DNA from: Catajapyx aquilonaris
Taxonomy: Eukaryota
Length of the DNA: 20,000 bases
Direction: 5' to 3'
Assembly (NCBI GenBank): GCA_000934665.2
Contig: KZ538595.1
Span: 45,062 to 65,061, forward strand
Part shown: positions 1-10,292 of the stretch, piece by piece
How the letters are laid out: the number at the start of each line of letters is the position of its first letter
How positions within the stretch are numbered: the first letter of the stretch is position 1
Notes under the pieces: generated by a model
Seen by the model: the letters and a program-made list of their open reading frames with translations, nothing else
The model's database searches: none
Told to the model about the DNA's origin: nothing
Program-made: the position numbers and the translations under genes

Positions 1-247
1 ATGGGTTCATCTTCAAACTTGGATGCCACCTCTTTGTACTCTGATGAGTTTGAATTGAGTGGTATCAACTGCAAACCTCCATCCGTATCTTTCCAGTGGC
101 TGGGACGACGAACTTCTTGTTTTGGGCCACTTGTGCCCACCTCAGTGCGCCGCACATCCCGAACCTGACGTGTAGCCATGTCAGTTTCCTTCAATTTAGT
201 AAAATCAATAATGCTTCCAGATTCACCCCCTTCGTGGTGCATCATGC
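1..247 (-). CDS. PARP12-like gene, coding exon 7 (end of WWE3 plus start of PARP catalytic domain), truncated by window edge
   Basis: Strong acceptor ttttttcttgtag at 248; open frame MMHHEGGESGSIIDFTKLKETDMATRQVRDVRRTEVGTSGPKQEVRRPSHWKDTDGGLQLIPLNSNSSEYKEVASKFEDEP. Confidence 0.87.
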
Positions 248-3200
248 CTACAAGAAAAAAGAGAAACTTGCAAATATTATAAATGTGCATAAACAAAAGG
301 GAAGGATGTGACCATGCCAGACGTAATAGAGATGATAATATGTCAGCTAAAATTGGCCATAGCAGGAAGTAAGTCATGCCCCTCCAGTGTATACCTCATC
401 AGGTAAAATAATATTAAAGCTGGAAACATCAACCTTTACACAAAATAATCCCTCCCCAATTAAGGGTGCTGCTAATTACCAGTACAATTTAAAATACATG
501 CCTGAAGGGTGTTTTACAAAATCCTTCTCAATCTTCTCAGAGTCGGTGAACTCGACCCAACGAGAACCATCTTTAAATTCCCACTGCACTCGAGTGGAAG
601 GCAGAGGACGCCTCCTGACTGCAACACTCCCAAGCAGGTCACCAGAGGTCACCTGATCCATCATGTTGAGATAGACAACGCGATCAGGATAGTCCAGGTG
701 CACTTGCCCGGCAGGATCCTTCTTGAATGCAGCTTCCAGTTTGCATCCATCACGCGGAGGATACATCTCCCACTCGTCATTGTTGGAGCTGGAGTGGTAC
801 CAGCGCCAGTTTGAGGGATGGGCTGAGGTCAAGCGACGCAGCTTCAGTTCGGGCTGGTCAGGTGACCTCAACACCATTTTCCCATAATCTGCTTCCCACT
901 CAAAATTCTTAAGGAGGCTTTTCAGTGGGTCGATCTGCATGCAGGAAAGTAATCAATTTTAGACAAACAGTATTTGATTTGATACAAATTGGGCTTTTTG
1001 TCTGTAAATCAGAGCGCTACAATAAACATAAATTCGTATTACGTGAACTTACATTAGGAGTGGCATGGACCAATGGAGGCAGCTTCTGCATATTAACAGA
1101 CACTTGCGTAAAGTGATGCTCCATGTGCGAGTCCTGATGATCCTTTAGGTTGACCCAAAGTGACCCATCTTGGCTTGCTTGCCACAGGTAGGGTCGACTG
1201 CAGTGCACCATGGAACAGGATGCCTCTGGACAGACGCCCTCACTCTGAAAGCTGTGGCAGAGTACGGCCTGCTCTGATGGATACGGAGGGGGTAACTTGG
1301 AAAGATCCATTGCGTCATCCACAAGGGCCTCCAAAGGCAGCTCCATGCAGCTGAAGTGGGCAACGCCCTTCTTGCTCTCAACAAACACCAGCATCCAGGA
1401 GTGGTCATCACTACCAGATGACCGTGGGGTTTCTGTAGCTGAAATAAACACCATCAACATGTCAGTAGGGCAGGACGCACATGGAGAGCACAGTGCAGCC
1501 AAAAAGCAATGATAGTTTTCTTTGGTGCCGCAAAGAAACATGCATCTCATTCCCTGACTCCAGGGCCCTCTTCTCATTTAAATCAATTATGGACTGGCAA
1601 AGGTTATTGAAAATGCAGTAGGTCACCTGCTCGGATTGTACTTATGATCCTGTCCGTACCAGAATTTTCATCCGGCCTGGCACGTTCCTTCCGGCCAGGC
1701 TTATTTTTCTTCTTTCTCTGGCGTTTTTCTTTCTTAGTGGTGCTCGTGGTGCTGGTCTCTGATTCTTCACTTTGGTCTGACGACCCGTCCCCATTTTTGC
1801 CAAGCTCCTCTGCAGCTGTGGATGCGGGTTGAGCCTCAGCAGTTGGCACAGAGCTCACAGGAGTAGTTGGAACCTGCAACTGACAGAAGTGACTCACAGG
1901 TCACTACTAAAAAGAAATACTGGCAGCTACTTACATTTAGTGCTATCATATATAGTAATACAACATAAAAAATAAGTAGTGTGTAATATGCTAACGATAA
2001 TAATCAACTGACTGCTCAATTCATCTCTACCCACAGTTTGGAATGTTAATAAAACAATTACAAATTACTGGTACAACTGGCTAACCACAAAATTGTAAAA
2101 CTGCCAAAAATGTGCAATTCTTATTAGCAGGTATTGCATTAGCCCAACACCATAGATTTTAACCTGTAATCTGTGGTGCAGCTGTCTCTAAGGATTATTC
2201 TGACTTACATCAAATTCATTGTGACGCAGTTTGCACTCCCAGTCGCGGCACTTGCGCTCCTTCCATGCAGGGCACACCACCGTAGCAGTCCTGGCCGGTG
2301 CGTAATGGCGGTACAGGCACTTATCAAAAGGCTGAAATCACACTGTCATTAGTGAGTTGCAAGAATCTGCACAGACTATCTCAAGTGAGTACGCTGTAAC
2401 AATGACCTGAATGACTGAATGGATGCTCTCGCACACAATACGCTTTCTTTGCCCATGCTGCTGCATTATAACATTGCATGAGGTAAGGCACACTGTTTAT
2501 AAATATCACAATTAAAACCAGAGGTCCATCATTTGAATCTGATTGTCAGTGCATATTATTTGCGTACCAATTTTACAGTTCTGCTACATCAATTTCACGA
2601 CCTTCTAAAGTGCAGGATTCAAAACTGTCACTGCCTCAGAATCGCAAATCTTGACGTGCGAATCTGAATCAGTTGCCTGCATTCAATAAAGAACACGATT
2701 ATTCAATTTACCGTAATTAACAAGTAAAAAGTGATGTGGCAATGTATGCTAAGGTTTATCAGCTTGTTTGTGAATCTCGATGATAGCAAGTCTGCTAACC
2801 TGCACAGAGCTGTGGCTTTAAAAGTGCGAATAGGTTTCAAGTATGTGAAAAAATACTTCTCCTGTAAGCAATATCTATCTACTGGTACAAAGTGCAAATG
2901 AAATTGGTATGCAGCTGCACAGTTGCATGGAGTAGTGCATATGGAGTGGGGAATCCCCTTACACATATCACACCCTTTCACAGTGCAGTTATCAGCTTTC
3001 ACCCTCTTTCATTCTCAAACCATTCCGCTCAATCAGAGGGTCTTCCATTATATAACAATCCATTTGTCACTTGGCTTTGCACCAATTTCAAATTCACAGG
3101 AGGGAACGTCAATTCAAAGTGTAATATTCTACTCTGAAAAGTGCGTGTGGAAGTTCTAATGTTGCGATACTGAATTGTGAATAAAATCTCATGAATGCAC

Positions 3201-5698
3201 TGACCTTAAAGCACCTGCCAATCATAAACCACTTGCAGTCGCTAATGCTCTTCTTAAGTGTCACAGTTGTGCCGTCATCAGGGGCACCCTTATTGCTGGA
3301 GGCCTCTGCACCTCTGGGCCCTCCCTTATCGGCGTCTCTGCCTTCTCCTTGGTCCCCACCGGCACCTTCCCTCTTGGCTGGCCTGCTTCCCCTGGCGTCA
3401 CCTTGCATCGCGTCTCTTTCTGCCAGCCTCTTTCCAAGCTCAATCAGCTGCCTGGCGGAGATGGTGTTGTCCTGCACTTCTTGAGACAATGGCCTTCCTT
3501 GCCGAGGCATGTTTCCACCTCTGCCACCCCTCTGAGGCCTTCCTTGCCCTTTCTTCCCCTTGTTAGTGGCAACCTCATCACTCTCTCCAGAGTCATCCTC
3601 ACCACTGCTTTCCTGCTCCTTCTTTGCTGACTTGCGGGGCCCTTTCTTTGCTTGAAACCCGGTAGCAAATTTCTCATGCCTCACAGACTGTTCATATGAT
3701 GGGGGATTTTCTGGGTGGGGTTGGGGGTTCATGGGATGTGGTTGTGGAGGATGCCCAGGGTGCGGGCCAGTTGGATAAGCCTGCTGGGGGTGGGGCTGCT
3801 GTGGGTAGGAGTAGGGTTGGCCAGGGGGGTAGTAAGGGGCAGCGTATTGGGGTGGTGGAGGAGGAGGAGCAGCAGGTGGGTAGTGCTGAGGAGGAGGTGC
3901 GTATCCATGATGTGGAGGATACGCCGAGTAAGGAGGAAGGGGGGAAGGCTGGTACGGGCCTTGATGGCTGCCGCGACCTGAGTCATCCCCGTGGTGGTGG
4001 TGGTGACTGAAAGATAAGCCACAGCGAATATTAAAATCAGCATCAGAACCCCCTCGCATTAGGTTGAAACTGAAGCTTAGTAAGACAACAGTTTAATGGC
4101 CAATCCATTTCCAAAACTCGGCCACCTCAATAGGCATGAACACTGAATGAATACTGTTTCACATCCACGTATAAATTCATGCAATATGATGTAAATAAGC
4201 CTGCTTCAAGCTCAGACTTTGCACTGACGAGGCAGCTGGATTCCAGCCCAGAGCACATCAGCAGTACTGACTAGAAGGATCTGAACCGTTAAAATACATG
4301 CAGATATTCTGATAACAAATGCATCATATGGGGAATGTCTTCATTTTTAAAATTAAAATCGGCACACCAGAGATTAATGAGTAGTTACAAATAAGTAAAT
4401 TACGAGGATTTTTCTAAACTGACGCAGAAACTCCGACCACTTGAATCGCGACAAAATCAACATTTTCAAAAATTTCTCTTGAACCCAATTTTGGTCCAAA
4501 AAATTTGGAAAATAAAAATTTGATGTCACCTCATACGTAGCTGCTCATGTTAAAATTTTGAAAAACATCTGAGATGTGAGAGCACATGGCACCAGGTGAT
4601 CTGGCGTGGAATGACCCATGGCTGATATATGCAGAGCTTGCAGCATTAGCCAATGCGTGACATTGATAGGATTTGTCTGCTCTGTGCCAAACACTGACTA
4701 ACTTCTCCTTCTTCGTGCATGCAGGGAAAAAGTAGCTGGCACCTTTGTGCTGGTGCTGTACAGTACGACTGACACTGCATAAGCGGGCAATCAGATTGAA
4801 AATTATGAGTCCCGCACGAGTGCTCAAATACATTCCTCTCCACAACTGTCCACAATAAACAGCATTCCAAACTGTGGTAAATTAATAATGTCACTTTTCT
4901 AATTTTCATTTGATGATTCCCCCTCGTATGTTGGCAACTTGAATAACCATCGTAGGCATAGGGGTGGGGGTCAACTGACCATCACAGCGCATTCTGGCAT
5001 TGAAAAGGCATTTCCTTGGGAATTTTCCTTATTGCCAATAAAATATTATGTAACCATATTATTTTTAAACTGATTTGAATCCCCGTTAGTAAAGTTGTAA
5101 TTAGAAAATCACGAAGAAGAGGGAATTTTTCTGAACATTCGGCAACTATGCACAGGGCCAAAAGAAAGCTGGGATTTTGCTGGAGGGCTTCCTGCCAGTA
5201 CCATTATCAGTTCTGGCATCGTCTATAATCCTGTCTGGTATGCAGACTCTGTAGGTATGAAACCGTGAATAACAACAATGTCAACACAATAATGGACATT
5301 TCCAGGCATCCAAACCATCTTCTCTAAAAACTATATAAAACCAGTGTAATACACAGTGACGGACTGAACAATAACATTGCGAATTATGTTATTCTTTAAA
5401 TATAAAAAAATGATTATCCTGCAATGTAGATTTTGCAAGAAATGAAACGTGGAGTCAGCTGGGCATGGTCACCTCCACAGGGCATCACTTTGGACACTTA
5501 CACTTTCACGTTCACATACCGCACCGATGTTCCTCCTCCTCTGGCGTTGCTGCTGGCCCCCCTTTTATTGGCTGCTCCTGGCTGATAGTGCTGCCCACCA
5601 CCAGATGATGATGGAGGAGGCCTATTATTATTCTGCCCCTTATTATTATTATTTGCAGCTCCTCCTCTCTTATTGTTTGGGTCTGACTTGGCCGGCAT
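1..5698 (-). CDS. PARP12/ZAP(ZC3HAV1)/TIPARP-like CCCH zinc-finger, WWE and PARP-domain protein (mono-ADP-ribosyltransferase family); 3' end outside window
   Basis: Seven phase-consistent exons: 5698-5502, 4006-3205, 2331-2209, 1873-1660, 1438-1053, 934-502, 247-<1 (2402 nt, ~800 aa). CCCH finger CHSFQSEGVCPEASCSMVH is followed by RPYLWQ, as in PARP12/TIPARP. WWE motifs: WRWYH..WEMY..LEAAF..VRRRP and WEFKDGSRWVEF..IEKDF..IDF..VRR. The last exon has PSHW..LIPLNSNSSEYKEVASKF, typical of the start of the PARP catalytic domain. Exact orthology not established. Confidence 0.88.
502..934 (-). CDS. PARP12-like gene, coding exon 6 (end of WWE1, WWE2, start of WWE3)
   Basis: ttcctgcatgcag|IDPLK...; within ORF 476..940; ends TCA G|GCATGT (GC donor, phase 1). 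Confidence 0.87.
1053..1438 (-). CDS. PARP12-like gene, coding exon 5 (CCCH finger 3 plus N-half of WWE1)
   Basis: tttatttcag acceptor (alternative at 1433, same phase); donor AAT|GTAAGT at 1052; within ORF 1017..1577. Confidence 0.85.
1660..1873 (-). CDS. PARP12-like gene, coding exon 4 (Ser/Thr/acidic linker plus basic NLS-like patch)
   Basis: gttgcag|VPTTPVSS...KKEKRQRKKKNKPGRKERARPDENS-G|gtacgg, phase 0-1. An alternative phase-1 donor at 1626 is possible. Confidence 0.75.
2209..2331 (-). CDS. PARP12-like gene, coding exon 3 (end of CCCH finger 1 plus CCCH finger 2); absent from the ORF track
   Basis: tgatttcag|PFDKCLYRHYAPARTATVVCPAWKERKCRDWECKLRHNEFD|gtaagt; 123 nt, phase 0-0. Confidence 0.88.
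3205..4006 (-). CDS. PARP12-like gene, coding exon 2 (poly-His, Pro/Tyr/Gln-rich, RGG, start of CCCH finger 1)
   Basis: Acceptor ttatctttcag at 4007; lies within ORF 3109..4059; donor AAG|GTCAGT at 3204 splits CKWFMIGRCFK from PFDKCLYRH. Confidence 0.85.
5502..5698 (-). CDS. PARP12-like gene, coding exon 1 (Asn/Gly-rich low complexity)
   Basis: ATG at 5698 with an in-frame upstream TAA; MPAKSDPNNKRGG...VNVK-V; GTAAGT donor at 5501 (phase 2) matches the next acceptor. Confidence 0.75.
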
Positions 5699-6043
5699 TC
5701 TCACTAGTTACTTTTCCTGCTTATTATTATTTTGCTCTTCTTCTCGTGGCAGCCTGTACAGGAGAAGGAAGCGGCACTGTCAGCAACGTATAAAGTCACA
5801 CTGTGAGTCATCAGGCAAAAGAGATAGTCCTTTATACTTGCGGAGAGAGTGTGTTGTTTGCCAAGTGATGCAGCAATCAGGCCACTGAGATAAGGAAGGC
5901 CCCCTCAAACGAGAGGAGGAAACGACCGCCCTTCTATATAAACAAACCTGGTCAATCGTCTGCTGCCTCTTCTTCTTGACGAGCCTCTCTTTCTATCTGC
6001 TGCTCTTTTTTTTTTTTTTAAATCATGCAACGCACCTTGGTCG

Positions 6044-6322
6044 GAGCCTTCCCATTGGTCCTCCCGCGCATTGGGACCCAACATGGCCTCCCTCCCCTCT
6101 ACGACACTCGCTCTGAGGGGATTCCCCGCTCCGAATGCCTCTCTCCGTTTGCACTCAAACTCGCCTGAAACTCATTTCCAGATTAGATTAGAGTTTAGAG
6201 CTCATCAGGCAACTTTTCATTTTCCTGATTATAATTATTATTATTGTTGGGATTGCAGGTGCTGCCATCTGGACTGCCTGGATGAAATGCCAGCTACCGT
6301 ATCCCCCGCGCAGATACGGTTG
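6044..6322. promoter_or_regulatory. Putative cis-regulatory module upstream of the PARP12-like gene (CCAAT block, AGATGGCAGCAC motif, ACCGTAT..ATACGGT palindrome), shared with 15410-15691
   Basis: Three collinear blocks are repeated at 15410-15691 with nearly the same spacing, and both copies lie 5' of a minus-strand gene. Confidence 0.5.
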
Positions 6323-6668
6323 AGCAACAGGTGTATATGATACACGTCCTCATCATTCCTCCTCACTCACCACGATCAAAAATCCGTCGCAGCGCACGTT
6401 CATGGACATTAGTCATGAAAGAAAGCGTCCCTTATTCTTATGACCAGGCCGTCACTCCGGCAATCCTGCAAAAGGTGCCTCATGTCATTTGAACCATATC
6501 GCATATTATTATTCCTATACCTGCTTTATTGCTGTCTAATTAAAATCATTAACTAGGAAAACCCTCGCGTCGCTCACATTTTTCTATGGCGCAGGCCAAG
6601 AAAACCACTCGCTTCGCTCGCCTTTTTGTAGGCCTGCGGTGTAGGGCATGTTGTTAATGATGCGCTGA

Positions 6669-6760
6669 ACGGGGGCCAATCGGAGAGGTGGTGGTAACAA
6701 TGGACGGGGGCCAATAGGAAGAGGTGGCGGCAACTATGGGGGGGGGGCGGACCAATCAGA
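6669..6760. promoter_or_regulatory. Triple CCAAT (NF-Y-like) box cluster with GC box
   Basis: CCAAT at 6676, 6711 and 6752 in degenerate repeats (acgggggccaat.gga.gaggtgg.gg.aac twice); GGGGCGG immediately precedes the third; CpG-rich context upstream of the PARP-like gene. Confidence 0.45.
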
Positions 6761-7402
6761 GGACTCATACACACAACGCAAGCATTTTAATATTGTAGGT
6801 AAGGTTTAGAAGAAAAATTCCCCTTTATATTTATACACTCATCCTAATAAAGGTCCTCGGGAGAAGAATGTCTGTAGACACATTGAAGGTGTATATTTCT
6901 GGCTGTGTTTCCAAGTACATTACACTTAAATGTAATCTCACAACTATTTTTACATGCTTGAATAATACCCTGTGTAACGACTGGTCAGTTCCAGTTGGGC
7001 CACCGCCACACCTGCAATTCAGCACAATTATTATATCTTCCTATTAACAACTTTGCATAATATCATCAGCATTCAAGTGAAACACAGTATATTCAAAAAA
7101 ATTAGTTTGGAGATCAACCAGAGCAAAAAAAAACATTGAATGCATCGTTTTATTAACAACACTTTTTTTACACTATAAAAATACTGCCATGAGAATATGC
7201 AGCATGAAACAGGTTGAAACAGCTCACGTGTTTATTAGGTTGGCAAGTGGCATTGGGATGGTAATTATGTTGGGTTACATGAAAATTTGGAGAGTAACAA
7301 TAATGGATCCCACTGCGTGATATAGTGTGACTGAAAGCTAATAAGATATAGTGCTTCTGCTTGACACACATAAACTGGATGGCACACAAAGCCTCCACCA
7401 TC

Positions 7403-8105
7403 TTACACTGAAAAGAAAAGGTTTGGAACCAGTTGATTGGTATGATCAGCGATATCAATAAATTCGATCTCAAGGTCTTCACATGTGAATTTCTCTAAGC
7501 AATGTGAAGATGTCGATATGAGTGATTTCTGGCCATTATCCTGCATGGTGACCTGAATGTGGCATTCTGACCCTTCTTTTAATTTTAAGGGACTGTCAAA
7601 TGTGATCTTGAATGGTGAGCGCAGTATGTTTCCAGGGCAAGGAAACACGGTGTCACCAGACTTCCTGTCTTGAACAATGCAGATTAGCTGAAATGATTTG
7701 ATTTCAAACGGTCCGCATCCCCAGATGTCATATTCTCCGTAGTATTCAGTGACCTGAAAGCCTGTAAACAAGCAGCTTGAAGGGCACTTGACTACTCTGA
7801 ACTTGAGCCCAAATGGTGAGTACTGAACCCTAGTCATCGCCATGTTAACGCTTCGACAGCAGGTGATCTGCCTCATAGGACCTCCTGGAACCCTCGCCGC
7901 TTCCTTTTCTTTGGTGGGGGAGATATTCATTCGTGCGATCACACCACCCATCAGCTGGATCAGCTCTCTGTTACTCAGTACTCCCGACAGCATGACATTT
8001 TGGCTCAATTCTTCCGAAGTCAGACCCTCATATTTGATGTGTGGTTTGAAAAGGCCAAACCTCTGTTGCACAGTCTCATCATCCGACTTTCCACTGCCCT
8101 TGGCC
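7403..8105 (-). CDS. BTB copy 1 exon 5 (BACK end plus PHR)
   Basis: tttccgtag acceptor, phase 2; ORF 7403..8206 ends QLVPNLFFSV-stop. Confidence 0.88.
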
Positions 8106-10292
8106 CTACGGAAATGACCAGACCCATTCAGTTCTAAATGCATGGACATACTCAAGTGACTGCACTGGCCACACTTACCACTTTGCTGCAGCATTGAAAA
8201 TGGCAATATTTGAGGCTTTCAGGTGTGGGCTGGTTATGATCTTCAGAGCCAAATCCTCAGACAGCTCAGAAAACTCATCCTTTTGCATCACATGCTCAGC
8301 ATGCTGTCCAATCACCTTTGGAAAAAGCGACTGCTATACAAAATGCAATATTGATTTTCTCACACTGCACATCAGGAGCTTCAATATCACTTTCGTGGCT
8401 ATTGGGGAAGTAGCCATTTGAAATAATTTTGCACAATATTACAATGTTATTCAAGTCCTCTGATTATATTGGCTATTGAGTGGTTCTTTCTTATTTTCAG
8501 GTAGGGATTACTGATTAATCAACAAATACTCAGCAGTCAGTGCACACCTTGGGGACCATGAAAAGTACAAAATAATACTTACTTGGAAGCACGGAAGCTG
8601 CAGCTCCTCATCACCGTAGAGAGCAGCCTTCATCAGACAGTCAAGGGCATTGTCAGGTGTTAACCCATTGACGAGGTACTGTAATTTTTAAACCACCAAC
8701 TTAAATATTCACACATATAACTACTAACATAAAGGCCATTTCACAAAAAAAATGTCGCGCGGCAAACGGCGCGACTTGCGGCAAATTTTTATTTACATTT
8801 ATTGTTGCCAATTGTTGGCAACAATAAAATTTGCCGCAAGTCACGCCGTTTGCCGCGCGACATTTTTTTTGTGAAATGGCCTTAACAATGCTTAATGCAT
8901 GTAGCAGTTATCACAAAAATGAATGCTTTCAGAAATTGAAACTTCTAGAGGCAATAACTGCAGTGTCAGTGCCATCCTACCACAAAAAAGGCACATCTGC
9001 ACATTGCAAAAAAATGGCCATATTTTCTATCTAGTTGTCTGGCACGAGTGACCTTCTCCCAGTGCGCAGATGTGCCTTTATCCAATAGCACTGGACTCAC
9101 ACGGTAAAAGTCTCACCCTACCTCTCTCGTCTTGTCAGCCAGGTGTTTGATCTGAAGTTTCCGAGCCAGCTTCCACACATCCCAAGCTTCGGCCAGGGAG
9201 GACAACATCAGCTCGTCTTTGTAGATGTAGTCCAGAAGTTTCTGGAACACTCCAGGACTAGTGTATGGAATCTTCATGGTGATTGGTCCTGGTTCTTCAC
9301 ACACCTTAGCCTCCAGGACAGAACTGGACATGGCCAAAATCAACTTGTGGGCCTGGTAAAAACGCATTATTTGTCACATGTTGACTAGGCTGATTTTACA
9401 CTAATAACTTTAGCGACAAAAATTTTATCATTTCCATCTCATGGCCTGTTGTTCATTTGTAACAAGTAGTACAAGAGCGAGGAATTATTTTTAAAAAATT
9501 GCAACATGGTTCCGTTGTCATGAAAATGCTTCATCAGGTCAAAAGTAGCACTAATGAAATGGGACCCAGTTTAAAAATGGATTGGATTGATAGCACTTCT
9601 AGTGGTGCAAGAACAGCTTCGGTAGCCACGCTGCACCAGACAAAATCCAGGTTGGACGCCCACTCTGTTTGCACACTTATGCTTAGATCCAAATAACTTT
9701 GTCCTGCATGTATAGTGAGAGACACAATAAATATTCTTTCAATCCTTATCAAACTTGTATTTGGTATAATCTTATCTGACAAGTGATTTTCCTGGTATGT
9801 GATTCACAATAAGATGGCTCTTGCATTATGTTGAAAACCCACAAGGTTATTTATATCACATTTAATTCATAATAGACTGAGCATATCCCAATGGTTCAAA
9901 CTGGTCACCACATTTAAAATTACTGATGCTAATGGTCAAAAGTCTTCATGAGAAACTTTTCTTGTTCTAAGATGTTGTAGTGGGCCTTTCAGATTCGCAG
10001 TATCCTTTTCAGGCAAATGCGTAACAAAAATGCAATAATAATTAGACGGCATGTGAGAGTCCTGCATGTAGCCTACCAGAAAGGTGACGAAGCCCTCTTG
10101 TCCTTGAACAATGATGGTGGCATCGCCCAGAGCCCCAGATTTCAAGATGGAGGCAGCTCTCTCCTTCAGGGAAGTGGTGCTCTCCTGCCACCCTGCCGGA
10201 TTACCACCTCCACTTGTCCAGTCCTGCTGTGCACTAGCACCAGCCCCTTCAGACTGTGCGGCTGAACTCTCTCCTGCCATGGGGCGGGTCAT
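7403..10292 (-). CDS. BTB/POZ-BACK-PHR domain protein, copy 1 (BTBD1/2/3/6-like), ~460 aa
   Basis: Exons 10292-10077, 9352-9122, 8678-8583, 8315-8179, 8105-7403; all GT-AG and phase consistent (1383 nt). BTB signature DATIIV..AHKLILAMSSSVL..FQKLLDYIYKDEL; BACK region YLVNGLTPDNAL..FSELSEDL..IFNAAAKWAK; PHR-like C-terminus FKITFDSPLKLKEG..QLVPNLFF. Confidence 0.88.
8179..8315 (-). CDS. BTB copy 1 exon 4 (BACK)
   Basis: tttttccaaag|VIGQHAEHVMQKDEFSELSEDLALKIITSPHLKASNIAIFNAAAK-W|gtaagt, 137 nt. Confidence 0.86.
8583..8678 (-). CDS. BTB copy 1 exon 3 (3-box/BACK start)
   Basis: ttacag|YLVNGLTPDNALDCLMKAALYGDEELQLPCFQ|gtaagt, 96 nt. Confidence 0.86.
8733..8882. mobile_element. PIF/Harbinger-type MITE (150 bp) in intron 2 of BTB copy 1
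   Basis: ~57-bp TIRs AGGCCATTTCACAAAAAAAATGTCGCGCGGCAAACGGCG(C/T)GACTTGCGGCAAATTTT with one mismatch; TAA on both flanks (8730-8732, 8883-8885), matching the Harbinger TSD. Confidence 0.85.
9122..9352 (-). CDS. BTB copy 1 exon 2 (BTB core)
   Basis: tttaccag|AHKLILAMSS...LADKTRE|gtaggg, 231 nt. Confidence 0.88.
10077..10292 (-). CDS. BTB copy 1 exon 1
   Basis: MTRPMAGESS..WQESTTSLKERAASILKSGALGDATIIVQGQEGFVTFL|gtaggc; the start could be either Met. Confidence 0.8.

Noticed and set aside
1102..1107. Potential GC donor (AC|GCAAGT) in PARP exon 5
   Set aside because: Phase 2 is incompatible with the phase-0 acceptor at 935, whereas the canonical GTAAGT at 1052 fits.
2703..3159. Cys-rich ORFs in PARP intron 2
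   Set aside because: Exons 2 and 3 join cleanly into a complete CCCH finger without them, and they show no recognisable motif.
3191..4010. Multiple plus-strand ORFs overlapping PARP exon 2 (and similar ones over the BTB exons, e.g. 11710-12249 and 17777-18103)
   Set aside because: Antisense shadows of GC-rich or low-complexity coding exons with no domain features.
4100..5160. AT-rich intron segment with transposon-like words (ggcaact, aaaattt runs)
   Set aside because: No convincing TIR pair or TSD could be delimited by eye.
5934..5943. TATA-like TATATAAA
   Set aside because: Best match is on the plus strand, where no gene follows; TSS unknown, so unsupported.
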